From: Diadema antillarum
Taxonomy: Eukaryota
Direction of reading: 5' to 3'
Assembly (NCBI RefSeq): GCF_040938485.1
Contig: NW_027271635.1
Span: 1,798,001 to 1,862,000 of the forward strand
Length of the DNA: 64,000 nucleotides
Below the pieces are notes generated by a model, which worked only from the letters and a program-made list of their open reading frames with translations, was not told the origin of the DNA and made no database searches. Below are positions 21,601 through 36,500 of this stretch, one piece after another (positions within the stretch are counted from its first letter, which is position 1; every line of letters starts with the position of its first letter). The position numbers and the translations under genes are program-made.

Positions 21601-24600
21601 CCACTATGTTCTATATCATGGTTGCAATACTCTATTATGCCTCCTACAGTTTGTAGCTGGATATCATGTATTATTTCATTATTTCATTTTGTAATATTAC
21701 GTCTCTTAGCTGGATGTCATGTATTATCTAATTTTGTTATATTTGATGTATTTCTTTATCGAGAAATATGATAAATAAATTGAAATTGAAATTGTAATTG
21801 AAATTGAAATTGAAATTGAAATTGAAATTCAACGGCGTGTTGGCTACTGTTGGTTTTCTTGATTACATTCGTGTGCATAATGTTCGTGTTTGTGTGTGTG
21901 TGTGTGTTTGTGTTTGTGTATGTGTCTGTGTGTGCGTGCGTATGTGGGTGTGTGCGTGTTACCTTGTGTGTATAAGAAGCTGTTGATATATGGATGATGG
22001 TGCTGATATGATTAAATACGTACCTTCTCGACACACTCGACCAGGGAGAGTCGTCTCGAAGGCATCAGTGTAGCCTTCTCGGCAGGTGCACGTGAAACCT
22101 CCCGCCTCGTCCGAATCGGTACAGTCCGCCTCTGCCGCGCAGTCATTTAGTGTGGCTGTCAAGCACTCGTTTACACCTTCAACAATAGATCCGAATAGGT
22201 ACTTAATCAAGGGGCCACGAAGGGATTCATCCTTTGTCTCTCAATTTGATGGGTGTGGTTGAGATGTACCTACCACATACCTGATGTGCCATCATTGCAA
22301 GGTGCAGGGACAACTGTATACTTGTTTAAAACCAAATTCCATATTCTGTTTATTTCTAACGTCAAATGAAAGTTTTGGCGTTTCTCCACCTAGCAACGGC
22401 AAGACAATTATGATTCATATTGGTAAAATGTCGACGCAAAAAAAACCCGAAAGAACAGAGACAGCAAGGAAGTACTGAACGATGAACGAATGGTACACGG
22501 AGAGGGAGATAGATAGATAGATAGATACATACATACATACATACAGTACATATATACATAGATGACTGCGTGTCTCGCAATGTTATGATTGCAGTAGGAG
22601 CTACAAACTCCTCCTCGTATACTACTAACCTTGGACTTCAATGTCGCCGATTTCATCGGAGCGTATTCTTAGCGATGTCGCCGAGGAACTGAGTGTATCG
22701 TTGACAAAGCCCTCATCGTTGACGAGCTGATCGTAGACGTTCTCTCGCAGCGCCTGGGCGTCATCCGTAAAAGTTCCTGCGAACACCGGTTCGATGTCCG
22801 CGACCACGCTGCCCTCACTGAAGCCGACAACGTTGACCGATAAGAAGCTTCCTTCTGCGATTCGATCCCTGAACAACTCTGTTACCTGCAGGTTTGATGA
22901 TATATCATCAAATTATTGGTTAGGTTCTTTTAATCTTTCTTGCGATACACCGGTGCCCGGATGGACGATATCATTATGCTGTTTATACATAGACTATGAT
23001 ACTCTCCTATATCCAATTCAAAAGTAATGGTACAGTTTCACTTGAGGTGGGGCTTCAGGTTTTCAATATTTTGTTGATGATGATTTTTATTTTTTAGATA
23101 ATAAGAAACCTCTTATGAAACATGAAAGAACATGTAATTCTAAGAGGAATCCAAAGTTTATTTGATAGAAATTGGTTATGAAATGGCTGAGATATCCCAA
23201 ACAAAGCAATTGTGATAAAAGTAAGACCCAACTTTTAGTAGGATCGCTTTGTTTTACTTTTTGTTTATGGATATGTAAGTCATTTCCAAAACCGATTTTC
23301 ATCAATAAACTTTGAATTCCTCTTAGAATTGTATGCTCTGTAACATTTTATAAAGTGCTTTTTAACTATCTCGTAAAAATGTTAAAAGCTGAATCCTCAC
23401 CTCAATCATTACTATCATTAAATCAAATCCAGTCCTTCAACATAGAAAGTAGTGAAATATAAAATGTATCTATCTGCTGCAGACTTTGCAATTTTAGTGT
23501 CAGTGCGCCAAGGGCTGTGGAGGGGCATGACAACTGCGACATGACAGAAAGTAATGCCGATATTGTACTTACAGCGTTAGTTATTGCAGTCACTAAGTCC
23601 TGGTACTCTTGGCTTGAAGGGTCCGTGTAAGAAGAAATGAAAGTCGCCTCTACGCCGTCAATTTCTACAATCACCAACGCCATGCTAAACGTGACCGCAG
23701 CTTCATTAAATTAACAAAACAAACTAGGAAGATGAAGAGACGAAACAATGATGTTTTGGTGTGATTGTATAATGTGCGATGAGACAATTTTAACAAACCC
23801 TGGCTGATATCTGGTATGCATCTGCATGACTGTCTATTTCATTAAATAAGATAAGAAGATCAGGTTGTCTGCATGAAAATCCGTCTACAATTATTCCCCG
23901 CTATACTCCATTCATGTCAATTCGGAGAAAAAAAAACTAATAATATTTACTCGGTTTTTTTTTTTCATTTCTCCCAGAGGTTTACATAATATGAGTTCTA
24001 GATTTGCTTCGGCGTTTTCGCGAATATTTTTTGAATATCATATGAATCCACACATTCCAAAAATTCATAGAGATGCATCAAGTTTACTCCCCGTTCAATG
24101 TGACTTTCTTTCTTCTCATTTGGTAAGGTTCTCCCTTAAGTGGAGATGGGAACATTCGCCTCAAAGGTTCACTGGCATATACTGCTAAGCACGCTGTTTT
24201 TTTACACACTACGTGGGAATTCTAAAGCTGATTGATTTTGAGCTTCCTGTTACGTAGAAGAAATACTTCTGTCTGTAAAATAGGGACAGAATGAGGATAA
24301 TAATGGAATGAAACTAAAAATTAATGTGATTATAGATGTTTGAGTACCAAGATTGCTTGGTGATCCAATGCAGGTTAAATAGATCTTTCCTTCGATTTTG
24401 GAGTGTGTGATTTCATCAAGATTACCTTGCCAAAACAAAATCTTTGAAATTGTAGGGAAGCAAACACGGAGTCGACGGATTTAGACCCATTGCGAATAGC
24501 AAAGGATAAAAAATGAATTGAGTAGGGACAATACACCTCTCCTTCGAAAGAACTTAAGAGGGGAATATTGCATCTAAATATCCTATATTTTTAACCATCG

Positions 24601-27600
24601 CGTCACAATAGTTCGTCATTACTCATGATGTATGTAGTAATCTTCACCCCGGACTAGCCCTTTCAGCGAGAATGAGAAGAAAACTAAAGGAGTACTTACA
24701 GACACAGACGCCCTCATTGTTCAAGGATCTTCCGGGTCGACATTGACAGACAAACATCCCATCAGCATTCTCTTCGCAGAGCTGGGTTTCAAAGTCGCAA
24801 GCATTCCCACATTCGTCTGAAAAAAAAACGGTTACAAAATCATCGTTATTCAGATAAGAGCATTTTGTTGATTACATTGACATTAGACTCTCATGGGCTG
24901 GTAGAATTACGACCGTGTCAACACAATTTGTACAACATTTTTGTTTCGGGTTTTTTAAAGATATTTTTGAAGAAGTTAATCGTGGCTTTATGCCGGGTAA
25001 AGAGAGAGCATACAAAGTACGTTCAAGTTTTGCGTTACGAACTTCTCAACGTGGGCTGAACAGGTTATACTTACTTTACATAAATGCATATTCATGACAA
25101 TTTCCCTTTTGTTTTACCTTGACATGTATCACCGACCGGAGTCTTGCCCGGCAGACACACACAGACCGGTCCTTCCGCAGACTCTGCGCAGTATTCACCG
25201 TCATTGCAGCTCACCGTCCCGCAAGGTTCTGAAAGAAATAACGCACAGGTTTCTTTTGTTTAATTCGAGACCCCCTCTGGACCACCATCACAAAACATCA
25301 TTTACGTGGACAAATAATCAATCGCCAAAGATAAAGACAAGGTCAGCACTTGGATGAATGGGTTTCTTGTTTCCTTCTAGGTTCAAAGGGATGGTATAGT
25401 ATTGGTTGAGAAGAGGATTCAGCTTTTAGCTTTTTGCCAGAAACTTAGAAACCACTTTATGAAATGTTAAAGAGCTTACAATTCGAAGAGGAGTTCAATT
25501 TTTATTTGATAAAGATCGGTTTTGAAATGGCTGAGATATTCAAAAGCAAAGTAAAACAAAGTGATCCTGGAAAAAGGTGGGTCCCATCTTTTATTAGGAC
25601 TGCTTTGTTTGGATATCACAGCCATTTCAAAACCAATTTTCATCAAATAAAGACTGAATTCCTCTTAGAATTGCATGTTCTTTCATACTACATAAGAATT
25701 TTCTATTTATCTCACAAAAAAAGTTGGAAACCTTAAGCCCCATCTCAACCAAAACTATATTATAATCCTTTTAAAGTAGATCTTTCCTCCTCAATTTGGG
25801 ACAAAGTCAAACAGGTTCACTATAAAGAGGGTCAAAGAGTGCTTGATTCTTAATTTATCTTCAGATTAGTTTCAACACTATTACAATGCGTGGCGGTCTA
25901 ATGGATTGTGCGTTTTGCTTTGAATGTCAGTTCCATGGTTCAAGCCTTAGCATGGCATTCTTGTCAGAGATTGAGAAAGAATTTAAGATTCGCAACTCTC
26001 CATTACATCCGAAATGAGAAAAATACGTGCACATGTTTGGAAGGCTATGGGTATTGTGAAGGTTATATTAATGTGGCAAGGATGATAACAATTCTCTGTT
26101 GTAAAGGGACAAATAAATGCCATGAAGGAATGAACAGATTATATGATACCTTCGGTTGGATTGGGTTCAATGGCCTCCGTAGTCCTCCCTAAAGTTGTTT
26201 CTTGTGATTCCGTAGCCGCTTCAGTAGACTTCGATAGAGTGGTAATGGCACTGGTTCCAGCAGCCATGTCAGTTTCACTTGCTGAGACAGATGTATATGT
26301 TTCTTCAGAGCCTACTGTCGTTGCCGATTCTGGCAATGGTGATGTGCTTCTCGTGTCTATTGTAAGACCACTGGTTTCTGCTACAGTCGTGTCAGACGTT
26401 GCTGCCAAAGTTCGCGGGTCGGTTGGAGTAAACGTCTCATCTGAAAATGGTTCGGTTGACACCGTCGATGAAGTTTCGGCTACTGTTGTACCGACGTTTC
26501 CCTCGGTAACGCCGACCGTTTGTGAGGAAATTGAAGGCTCTTCTGATGCTGTAAATGCCACTGTGGTCATCATAGTCCCACTGTTTGGAGAGCCTGTGAT
26601 TGGACCAGTCTGTTCTGTTTCCGCCGAAGTAAGTGGGTCGGTTGCAGTAGACGTCCCATCTGAAAATGGTTCTGTTGACACCGTCGATGAAGTTTCGGCT
26701 ACTGTTGTACCGACGTTTCCCTCGGTACCGCCGACCGTTTGTGAGGAAATTGAAGGCTCTTCTGATGCTGTAAATGCCACTGTGGTCATCATAGTCCCAC
26801 TGTTTGGAGAGCCTGTGATTGGACCAGTCTGTTCTGTTTCCGCCGAAGTAAGTGGGTCGGTTGCAGTAGACGTCCCATCTGAAAATGGTTCGGTTGACAC
26901 CGTCGATAAGGTTTCGGCTACTGTTGTACCGACGTTTCCCTCGGTACCGCCGTCCGTTTGTGAGGAAATTGAAGGCTCTTCTGATGCTGTAAATGCCACT
27001 GTGGTCATCATAGTCCCACTGTTTGGAGAACCTGTGATTGGACCAGTCTGTTCTGTTTCCGCCGAAGTACTTGGTTCCGTTGCAGTAGACGTCTCATCTG
27101 AAACAGGTTCGGTTGATTTCGTCGTTAATGTCCTGACTACTGTTGTAACGACGTTTCCCTCAGTTCCGCTGACCGTTTGTGAGGAAATTGAAGACTGTTC
27201 TGATGCTGTAAGTATCACTGTGGTGGCAAAAGTCTCACTAGTTGGAGAACCTGTGACTAGACTAGTCCGTTCTGTTTCCGCCAAAGTACGCGGGTAGGTT
27301 GCAGTAGACAGTCCATCTGAAGGAGATTTCAATTCCGTCGCTGAAGTTCTGTCATTGACCATTGTTGTATCGACGCTTGCCTCAGTTCCGCTGACGGTTT
27401 GTAATGAAGTCAGAGACTCTTCTGATGCCGTAAGTAACGATGTGGTTCCTACAGTCTCACTGCTTGTAGAGTCTGTGATCGGATTTGTCCGATCTGTTTC
27501 CATGGTAAATATCGTTGTTAGCGAAATAACAGTCCCACTCGCTGCGGAAACTTCCAAAGTTTGTGCTTCTGAAGTGGAATCTGTCAGCTCCATCGTTGTC

Positions 27601-30469
27601 ATTAGATTAGTAAGCCCGTCCTCCGTTACTCCAGTCACACCTGTAGTGCTAACGGACTGCACAGAGGTGAACGTCCCAGCTGATCCTGTTTGCGTCTCCA
27701 CCACTTCTGTCAGACCTTCACCTGTTACAACCGTTCTCTCGGGGCCGCTGACGATTGAGGTAGCGGTGTCTGTATTCAGGTCCGTACGGAGTGACATTGT
27801 CTCTGTTACTTCCAAAGTTGCTTCCGTTGTAGTCGGTTTCCGCGAGGACGTTTCTCCGTTGAAGTCGGTACTTGCGAACGCTGCGGAGGATGTTAGCGTT
27901 TCGGTCAGGGTGAAGGTTGCGTCGGTTGTTACCATGGTTGCTGCTGTATCGGTACGACTCGAGATTGTGGAGGGCGATCCTGGTCCTGTCTCGGTGATGA
28001 CAAATGTGGCAGTCTGTGTGTAGTTAGCAGAAGTGGGATTCGTAGTGGCTGCAAATGCTGTGTAACGGAAAAGTTCGATATTGCACATGGTTTAGATCAA
28101 AGAATATTATTTCATTTGTCTGTCATTCAACATTGCTGACGTGTCCAAGTTTCCAAACTATACCTTCGAAGTCTTTGCATTTTCAACGTAACACGGTAAG
28201 TGAAACGCTGTTGTAAGTTTGACGAAATTATCGGTTGCATTTTAACAGAAATAGTAGGCCCTCCGTCTTTACAAGGCAGTTATATGAGTAAGTATCATCT
28301 ACCGGTATGCAAATTAGTTGAGTGATGGTGTCGTCAGTTAACACTTCTCCAGATTGGTCGGCCTGCACACCCGAAATCCATATCTAAACTTGAAGTAAAC
28401 GAAGAATTAAATCATTTTCATAAAACTATACTGATTTAGCAAATGAGTGTTTCTGTTAAGGACACACTCGTCACTTCTAAAGATGTGCCCCAAGCATTTT
28501 CATATTGACCGCGTGTACATACCGTACATTCATATTTGCTGGAAATAAATGTCACTGAACTTAGAACTTGAATGGAACATGGCATAGAGAAAAAAAAACT
28601 GTTTCACGCAAGTGAGTGTTCGTTCAATTTTGCAAACAATTGACGTCTTGAATGCAAGAGGGGTGAAGATATGGGTGTGATTTTATTTTTTTCAATTTGT
28701 ACAAAGGGAGACAAATTGAAGAAAATCATGCCCCAGTTGAATCTTTGTTGTAAGTTTCACTTTGTAGACACTACCACTGTGCCAGTAATATCCAATAGTT
28801 GATCACATTAAAGTGATTAGTACAAACTCACATTCTCCACACACGCGACCTGGGAGGGTGTCTGGAAAGTAATCCGTAAAACCGTCGTGGCAGGTGCAGG
28901 TGAAACCGCCCGCAACGTCCGTGTCCGTACAGTTCGCATCAGGCGAGCAGTCATTCAGTGCGTTTGCGCATTCATCGACAGCTGTAGCGTTACAAAATAT
29001 AAGAGACAGCGAGAGAGAGAACTAAAATTTGCCGCAAGTATACTTACTTACGTGCATATTCTCCAAACAGGTCAGTAGAATATTTTCTCACTTTGCATGA
29101 TACCTTAACATCATATTCGTAACTATATATTATTTCTTATTCTGGATCCTGTTGATCAGAAGAACAAGAGCATTCTCATTTTCATAGTTCGCATCGCAAA
29201 ATATACATTACAAAATCAACAATCCATAATCCAATCCAACAGAAATGAAAGACGTCTGATCCAATTTCGGTCATACAATACAGCATGTGTTAACATCGAT
29301 ACAATTCGAAACCACGAAAAAAAAACCATCTGCTGAAAATACAAAAACAGAAAAGGACCTATTATTCCTCGCATATTTCTCACGTTTGAAAACAACGGAA
29401 AGATACTGATACCTTGAACTATTACGTCATTGATATCGTCAGAGCGTATTCTGAGCGAAATCGGCGTCGCGCTTGATGTGTCGTTGGCGAAACCCGCGTT
29501 CTGCATCAACTGTTCGAAGATGAGAGTCTGGAGTGCCGTGGCGTTACCAGCAAAAGAGCCAGAGAAATCCAGTTCCACATTAACCACAACGCTTCCATCA
29601 CTGAAGCTGATGACGTTTACAGATTGAAAGTCATTTTCTCCGAGCCGCCCGGAGAAGAGCGCGGCGAGCTGAAAAGAATATAGATAATGTTTCAGAGTAA
29701 TATTGTAAGCTTGAAACACGAATATCATGAGATTGCTCTGAAAGTTTTGCCCCTGTCTATTGCAACGGTAAATTCTATTAAGTTGCATGTTATAATACAT
29801 ACGTAAAGAAAAAATATATAGAAAATGTAAAGAAAAATATTATGCTATTTACATTGGTGATGACCTACAGGAAATATCATACATTGAAATATGGGTAGAT
29901 GACGATTTTGACTCCCCCCCCCCCCCCTTCATTAAATCAACACAAAACAAAAACGTAAGTGAGACAATAATCATATTTTCTTTTTCACCGAATGATTTGT
30001 TCATAGTCTCGAGAAGACAGTAAAAATATGAAAGCAATATCTCCCTGCTGTACATACCTTAGTAAACACTCCATCGTTACGTAAAGAACATAATTCAAGA
30101 GATTAAACTTTTTTTTTGCTTTATAACCTTACAATGTCACAAATATCAGCATTGTTCTTCAATTCCGTATATGTCTACGATATCGCAGAAGAGATAAGTA
30201 GATAGACACGTGCAAGTGTTATTGGCTTCGATGGTAGTTCTTCTGTTTTTCTTTATGCATTGCCATCGTCATAGCGTCGGGTGTGTAGGTTTTACAACAT
30301 AATAACTATAATATATAATATATAATCGTTGGCGTTCCATGCCAAAGACCCGGGTTCGATTCCCGGCGGAGACCAACTTTTCAACTCTTGCACTTTTTCG
30401 AAAAGGGTGAACAGTGAGAGGAATAATGATGCCAAAGCTACGGCACCGTTTTTTACTTCCTCTCTGATA

Positions 30470-30541
<72 letters not shown>

Positions 30542-33500
30542 GGAAAGAAATACATCATAATTTCATTGTACTCACAGCATTTCTTACTGCTGTGGCAAGC
30601 TCCTGATACTGGGTTGAATTCGGATCATTATAAGCATCTGCGAAATCTGCATTTTCACCGTCAATCTCCACAATAACTACGGACACTGCGAAAGTAACTG
30701 CAGCTGTAGAAGAATCAGAGGTACTGTGTATTAGTTTTGGTATGTATGACCGGGACACTGCTGTTTCTAACATGCCTGATAGAAATGTACTGCAATGCGG
30801 ACCATTAAATCATTGAAATAAACCCTTACGCAGTTTTGGTGAAGAGATTTTATCTCCAGATATATCTAACATATATCATTTTCGAGTGTCAAATGGGTTT
30901 CTTCTTTAACATCTTCTGTCATGACATTTATCAATGCTTTAACCTGTTGAGGTCGAGTCCCAAGTATACTCGGGCAGGGGTCTATGGGAAATGCGTGTTG
31001 TAGCAAAATCAGTCCGTCCTCAACGGGCTAAAGACAATCGACTGGTTTAAGTTCATTTGCATGAGGGTAGTGATCATCTTCACTTGTATAACGTGGATGG
31101 AATCGTTAGCATGGTTAGTGTTGGTTAGTGAGAGAATAAAGCGCGATACAAAAGGCCAAAATTAAAAGTGCCGGAAAGCCATGTCATCAGATATCTTCTA
31201 TTTGTTCACCTTTATTACACATAATTAGCAAGTGAATTACTCCTCTGCTTCCAACATATCTCATCTTTTTTTTTTAATGAAACCGGCATTCACGATTCAG
31301 GAGCAGAAAAAGAAATGGAAACAATGATATCATTTTCATAAGAGGTTTCTTATTATCTCACCGAAAAAAAAAATGTTAGAAACCTGGAGTTATGTAGCAA
31401 CCAAAACTATACGATCCCTTTAAATCTATTACATTGCCATCCACGTGACCGACTCACTTATGCATTGACCAGTTACGGTGTCCCGAGTACTTCCGGGTCG
31501 ACAGGAACAGCTGTGACCTCCTTCGGCATTCTCTTCGCAGAGCTCTGTCTCGAAGTTGCATGCGTTGCCACATTCGTCTGTAGAGATGTTAAATGTTCCC
31601 GAACTTAATTACACACGTTTAACACCACCAAAGAATCAAGTGGAAGAAAGAAAATTTTGCTTCCTCTTTTTCCATCATATTCATGCTACCTTATACTGTA
31701 TAAGTTAAACGATAACAAGCAAAGGAAGTTATTGACTACATAAGTTATAAAGAATATCAATTTTACCGTCATCTATGTGTTAGAACTATATCTCCCTGTT
31801 TCGATATTGCCTGACCAATATATTTACCGTTCGCAGAGAGGAAAAAGTAAGTTACCAGTTGTCAGCTCTCGTTCTGGATTTCAATACCCAATGAAGGGAA
31901 TTCAATATGATAATTCGTAGACTTAAAGATTGTTGGTAATTTAGTGATGACACAAAAAAGTGAAATGTATTGATGATGAGATGGATACGAATAAGGTGAA
32001 ATGCAGCTTTAAAGAAAAAAATGAATGCACATTTCAAATGAAGAGGTCTGCAAAGAAACGAAGCTGCGAAAGAAGAAGGAAATGGTGGACAGTTTTCAAT
32101 CGTGTATGTCGATTCTACGTATGCCTTATGTGATTGATGGGGGTAGGGGAGCAAGCTGATGTTAGCCAGTAAAGGGTCTGGACTCTCACTCAGGAGATTC
32201 AAGACTCATATCCTGCCAAGGAGTGTACATCGTCTGACAAGCTGTTCTATACAAAATGTTTAGACCGCCAAGCTTTGTATGTATAATATGCCTATCTAAC
32301 TCGGATAGCTGATTATGAGGGAAACTGATCATGAGAGGAGCCCTCCCATTCAAAGAGCAGAGTACACACTACACAGTCGTACCTTAAGTTAAAATCGGGA
32401 CTATTGATTATTGTGGTTGCTAATTCATCGTTATTTTTTTCGTATTTCTGTCATCATAATCATCAATATCATTAGTATTTATTTTTTTATCATTATCACA
32501 TTATAATGTTATCATTATCATCTCTGTAATCATCATGTTAATATTCATTGTCATCAATACCGTTTTTATTCTAATTTTCAGTACACTGTATCATTAGCAT
32601 GATTCTTTGTATTGACAATGTCATTATCAATATAACTCTATCATTATCATTGCCATTGTTTTTGTAACTGCCTTGTGGCATTTCCTTGCTTCAGCAACAT
32701 GATGAGTGAACATGATGAGTGAGCATGATTTGCTGTTTGTAATAACAGACTGATCAATCGAGAATAACCTAACAGTCTGACAGACTGAACACATTATTAC
32801 CATTTACCAGTGCAACAGGCGGTGATGGTATGGCACTGATGATATTCAATTTATATTTGTCAGAAAATTCATTCATTCAATGTTGATGTGTTTTCAAGCT
32901 GATGGAATGAACATAATATATCATTACCTCTGCAAACGTCATCCACGAGCTCTTTGCCCGGTTGGCATACGCACACAGGCCCATTTGACGATTCTGCACA
33001 ATACTGCCCATCGGTGCAGCTACCTGTTCCGCATGGTTCTGACGCAAAAAACAACAACAACAACAACAAAAATATGTGAAGAGAGAGGGACACCATTTAA
33101 GGATGTACACACAATATTGCAAACCACTAAAAGAATGAAAATGATTCACCAAATGTGTGTGAGAGATTATGTTTTCATCTATAGGTTAACAGTCAAGGAT
33201 CATATATGGCACGGATTGATATCAAAATAAATTTATTTGTAAAGAAATTCTTTTTAATCAGTATTGCTGCGATGTGATATCTTGATTTGCCAGCATTTGA
33301 GAACATTTTGTCGATGTGGATACATCAACCCTTGTCATTTCATTCGTGGATGCATTTGGTAATTTTGTAATTCTTGGAAATATATTGGTATAATCTACAT
33401 AATAATGATTGCAATTTGATTCGACTCTATCAAATATTATTACCTTCCAGCACAGTTGGCTCCGGGGCTTCTGTAGTTCTCTTGTCTGTAATTTCGTCAA

Positions 33501-36500
33501 CTTCTGTTGTAATTCTTACAGTTCTACTCGAAGTTGTAATGTCTGTTCTTTCTCCGGACGTAATGGTGTCTGTTGTAATCCCAGTCACGCCGGATGTAGA
33601 AGCCGGGTCCAACTCGGTTTGCGTTTGCGTCACTGCAGCATCGGTGGACGTCTCTGCATCAGAGTTAGTGTAGACTGTTGTTTGGATCTCGGTTTGCCTG
33701 GGTGTTGCTGTCCCACTGGCTGTTGGTTCAGTTGACTCCGTTTCTTGCTGATTTTCTGTCTGTGTGTAAACAGCAGTGTTCGCTGTCTCCATCGTGGGGC
33801 GTTCAGTCAGTTCATTCGTCCTTGTTGATGCAGTAATGTCAGTGGCAATGACATCGGTGACTGTGTCCGTGTTTTCTGTTCTCGAAGCATCCGTTGAAGT
33901 GAACGCCGTTTCCCTTTCCGTGTACGCTTCTGAAATTTCATCCGTACCATCCCGTTCCGTGATTGTATTTACGTTATCGTCAGTCCCAACTACGTCGGTT
34001 GCTGTCACGCCCAACGTCATCTCATCTGTGTAGCCCTCTGTCTCCGTCGTCGCGTCACGGTCTGTGCCTTGGTCCGTGTAGATAGACGTCGCAGACTCCG
34101 TCTCCACATCCGTTAAAGTTGTCTGAGACGCGCTGACGTCGAGAAGGGACGTCGTTTGCCTTTCCGTGAAGACATCTGTCACTTCGTTCTCCGTCACTCC
34201 AGTGCTTGGGTCTGCCGATGAAACTGTCACTGTCTGTGTTGACAACAATGTTCTTTCAGTCGTGAAAGCGTCGACTGTGGTTATAAATGTCACCTCCGCG
34301 TAATCAGTCGTTGCGCTTTTCGTTGCAAGCATTTCGGTTTGCGTTGCGTTTGTATCCCCGTCTGTGTAAACGTTTGTCACTGCAATGGTTTCCGTTATAT
34401 CCTCATCCGTGACTTCTGTGCTGAAACGGGAAACATAGCTTGTCACAGTTTCCGTAAAGTCTGCAATGTCTGTGCTTAGCTCGTGTGTCGTTGCGGTAAC
34501 GGTATCTGCTTCTGTTTCCACCACGTCTGTTGATTCATCCGTGCCGTATCCTGTGACGGTGCTTAACACCGTTTCTGTGTTGGTGTCTGTAGAATCTCTT
34601 TCCGTTGTCTGCGTGCCAGTCTCAGTAGCTATTTCTGCCAGAGTGCTCGTGTCTGGATCGCTGACACGCTCTGTCTCTGTGATCACTGTTATTCGGTCGG
34701 ATTCTGTCATTCTTATTGTTTCGCCATCGGTGACAGCCTCACTTGGCTCGATGGAAGATGTCGCAGATACCGCAGTTGTTTTTCTGTCTGTACTGTAGAA
34801 AGAATCTGTTGAAAAGTCGGTAAAGAGCGCCGACACTTCTAATGACGTTGTCACGTCTGTAGCCAGACTTCTCTGAGTAGATTCGTCTGTCACTATTATG
34901 TCGACTTCGGTAGTTTCAAAAGCTTCTTCTGTTGAAACAGGTTCTTTTGTCAAATAGAGAGAGAAAAAAAATATATAAAGAATAGCAGCTGCAAGATACT
35001 TGCCAAATTTGCATCATATATTAAGGGATAATGCCAGCAGTTCAAGTCCAACAATACACAAATAACGAATTCATGATCAAAATAATAAAAAATATACTTT
35101 AGCCATGATAACCAGATTATACAGATATTCTTTATATAGAAAGATATCATATAGATGTTAGACATATATGACTCATTTGCCCTATAAAGTAAGTCTGTAG
35201 GTTGTGTTAGAATAAACCTCAAGGGGAACTAGATTTCATGAAAGCACTTCATTATTGTAGACAGCAGTGATATGGTGTATTACATAGTTTCTCATTCTAA
35301 TACAACGAATTACTATAGTGCAGTAGTTTTCTATGTTTAAGAACTTGAGCACAATATTTCAGCATTGAGCACCCAGCAAATGTGGATAAAGCACTTTCTA
35401 TTGTTAGTACTTGCTTCATTGTAATCATTATCATTGATAGTAGGATAATTTTTATTGTTTAATGATTAATCTTTCCGTCAATAGTCATACATTTAGCATA
35501 TTTTTGGTTTGTATTTGTTAGGCCGCTGTGTGAAGCAAAAAAAAAAAAACCCGGACAAATCAAATATTGTGATATTGCATAGGCAACTCTTCTGTGGTCT
35601 TACCTGGGCACGTGAAGGACGGATCGGACCAGCTCCCATCGTTACATTCCAGAGAGGCCTGGTCTAGAGAATTTTCACAGGTGAAAATTTGACTCCCTCC
35701 GTTCTCGAAGACACCTTCCGGCTGAGACGCAGGAGGTGAATAGCAAGGGGCTTTGGTGAGAGATATACAAAAGGGAAAGGGAGAAATATATATAGATATA
35801 TATATATTTTTTTTTACATAAAATCATTTTCAATTTTTTCCGCCAATATGAAAATAGCTATATTTTCCTTGCAGAAACTATTAACCATGGTGTCTTATAA
35901 ACACAGTTATAAAATTATTGGCCTTGCTATCTTTTAGACCTTTAGGCAATTAAAATGCTCTGAATTTGAATCTTAGTGTATTTACGCGTGGATTTTTAAT
36001 TTCTTCAATCGAAATCACCGAATAGATTGTGGCGAGGCTTTTTATTTCACTGCCAAATATATCATGGGGGAATTCATAATTTAAAATATTCTTCTAACTA
36101 ACCTGTCCAAGAGCAATTATTTGTAATGATCTTTTAAGAAATGGTGTCACTGCATGTGAAGGGTTTGTTTGCAAAAACCGATAAAAGTCCATTTTGAAGA
36201 TTTTGACGTACGATGTCAGTCACAAAGTACAAAATACCTTTTAAATGATATATTGGTCACTACATATGTAGGTATATTTTTGAAGTAATGGTCAAAAGAA
36301 GCAAAAAAAATCTTATTATTCTCTCTTATTTTTCTTGACCTTTAATCGCAAATATCTCCATTTGGCAAATATGGACTTATCGGTTTTTGCAAACAAACTC
36401 TTCATATTATTCCGTTTTGACTAATCTGCGCAATACAGTGTACCCTCTAGTGGAGGTGTTTTAGCGCCTCTTTCATGTTTTAGAAATAGTATTTGCAGCG

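Noticed and set aside
26400-27400. Regularly spaced repeats considered as a CRISPR-like array
   Set aside because: Contiguous 219-nt in-frame coding repeats with no unique spacers, in a eukaryotic gene.
26143-28023. Long + strand ORFs (384 aa and 222 aa), Val/Ser-rich
   Set aside because: Antisense shadows of the S/T-rich mucin exon; same repeat period, no independent splice or start signals.
33374-34798. Several + strand ORFs of 85-110 aa
   Set aside because: Antisense shadows of mucin exon 1.
36445-36460. CTCF-like motif ccctctagtggag
   Set aside because: Single imperfect match; not distinguishable from chance.
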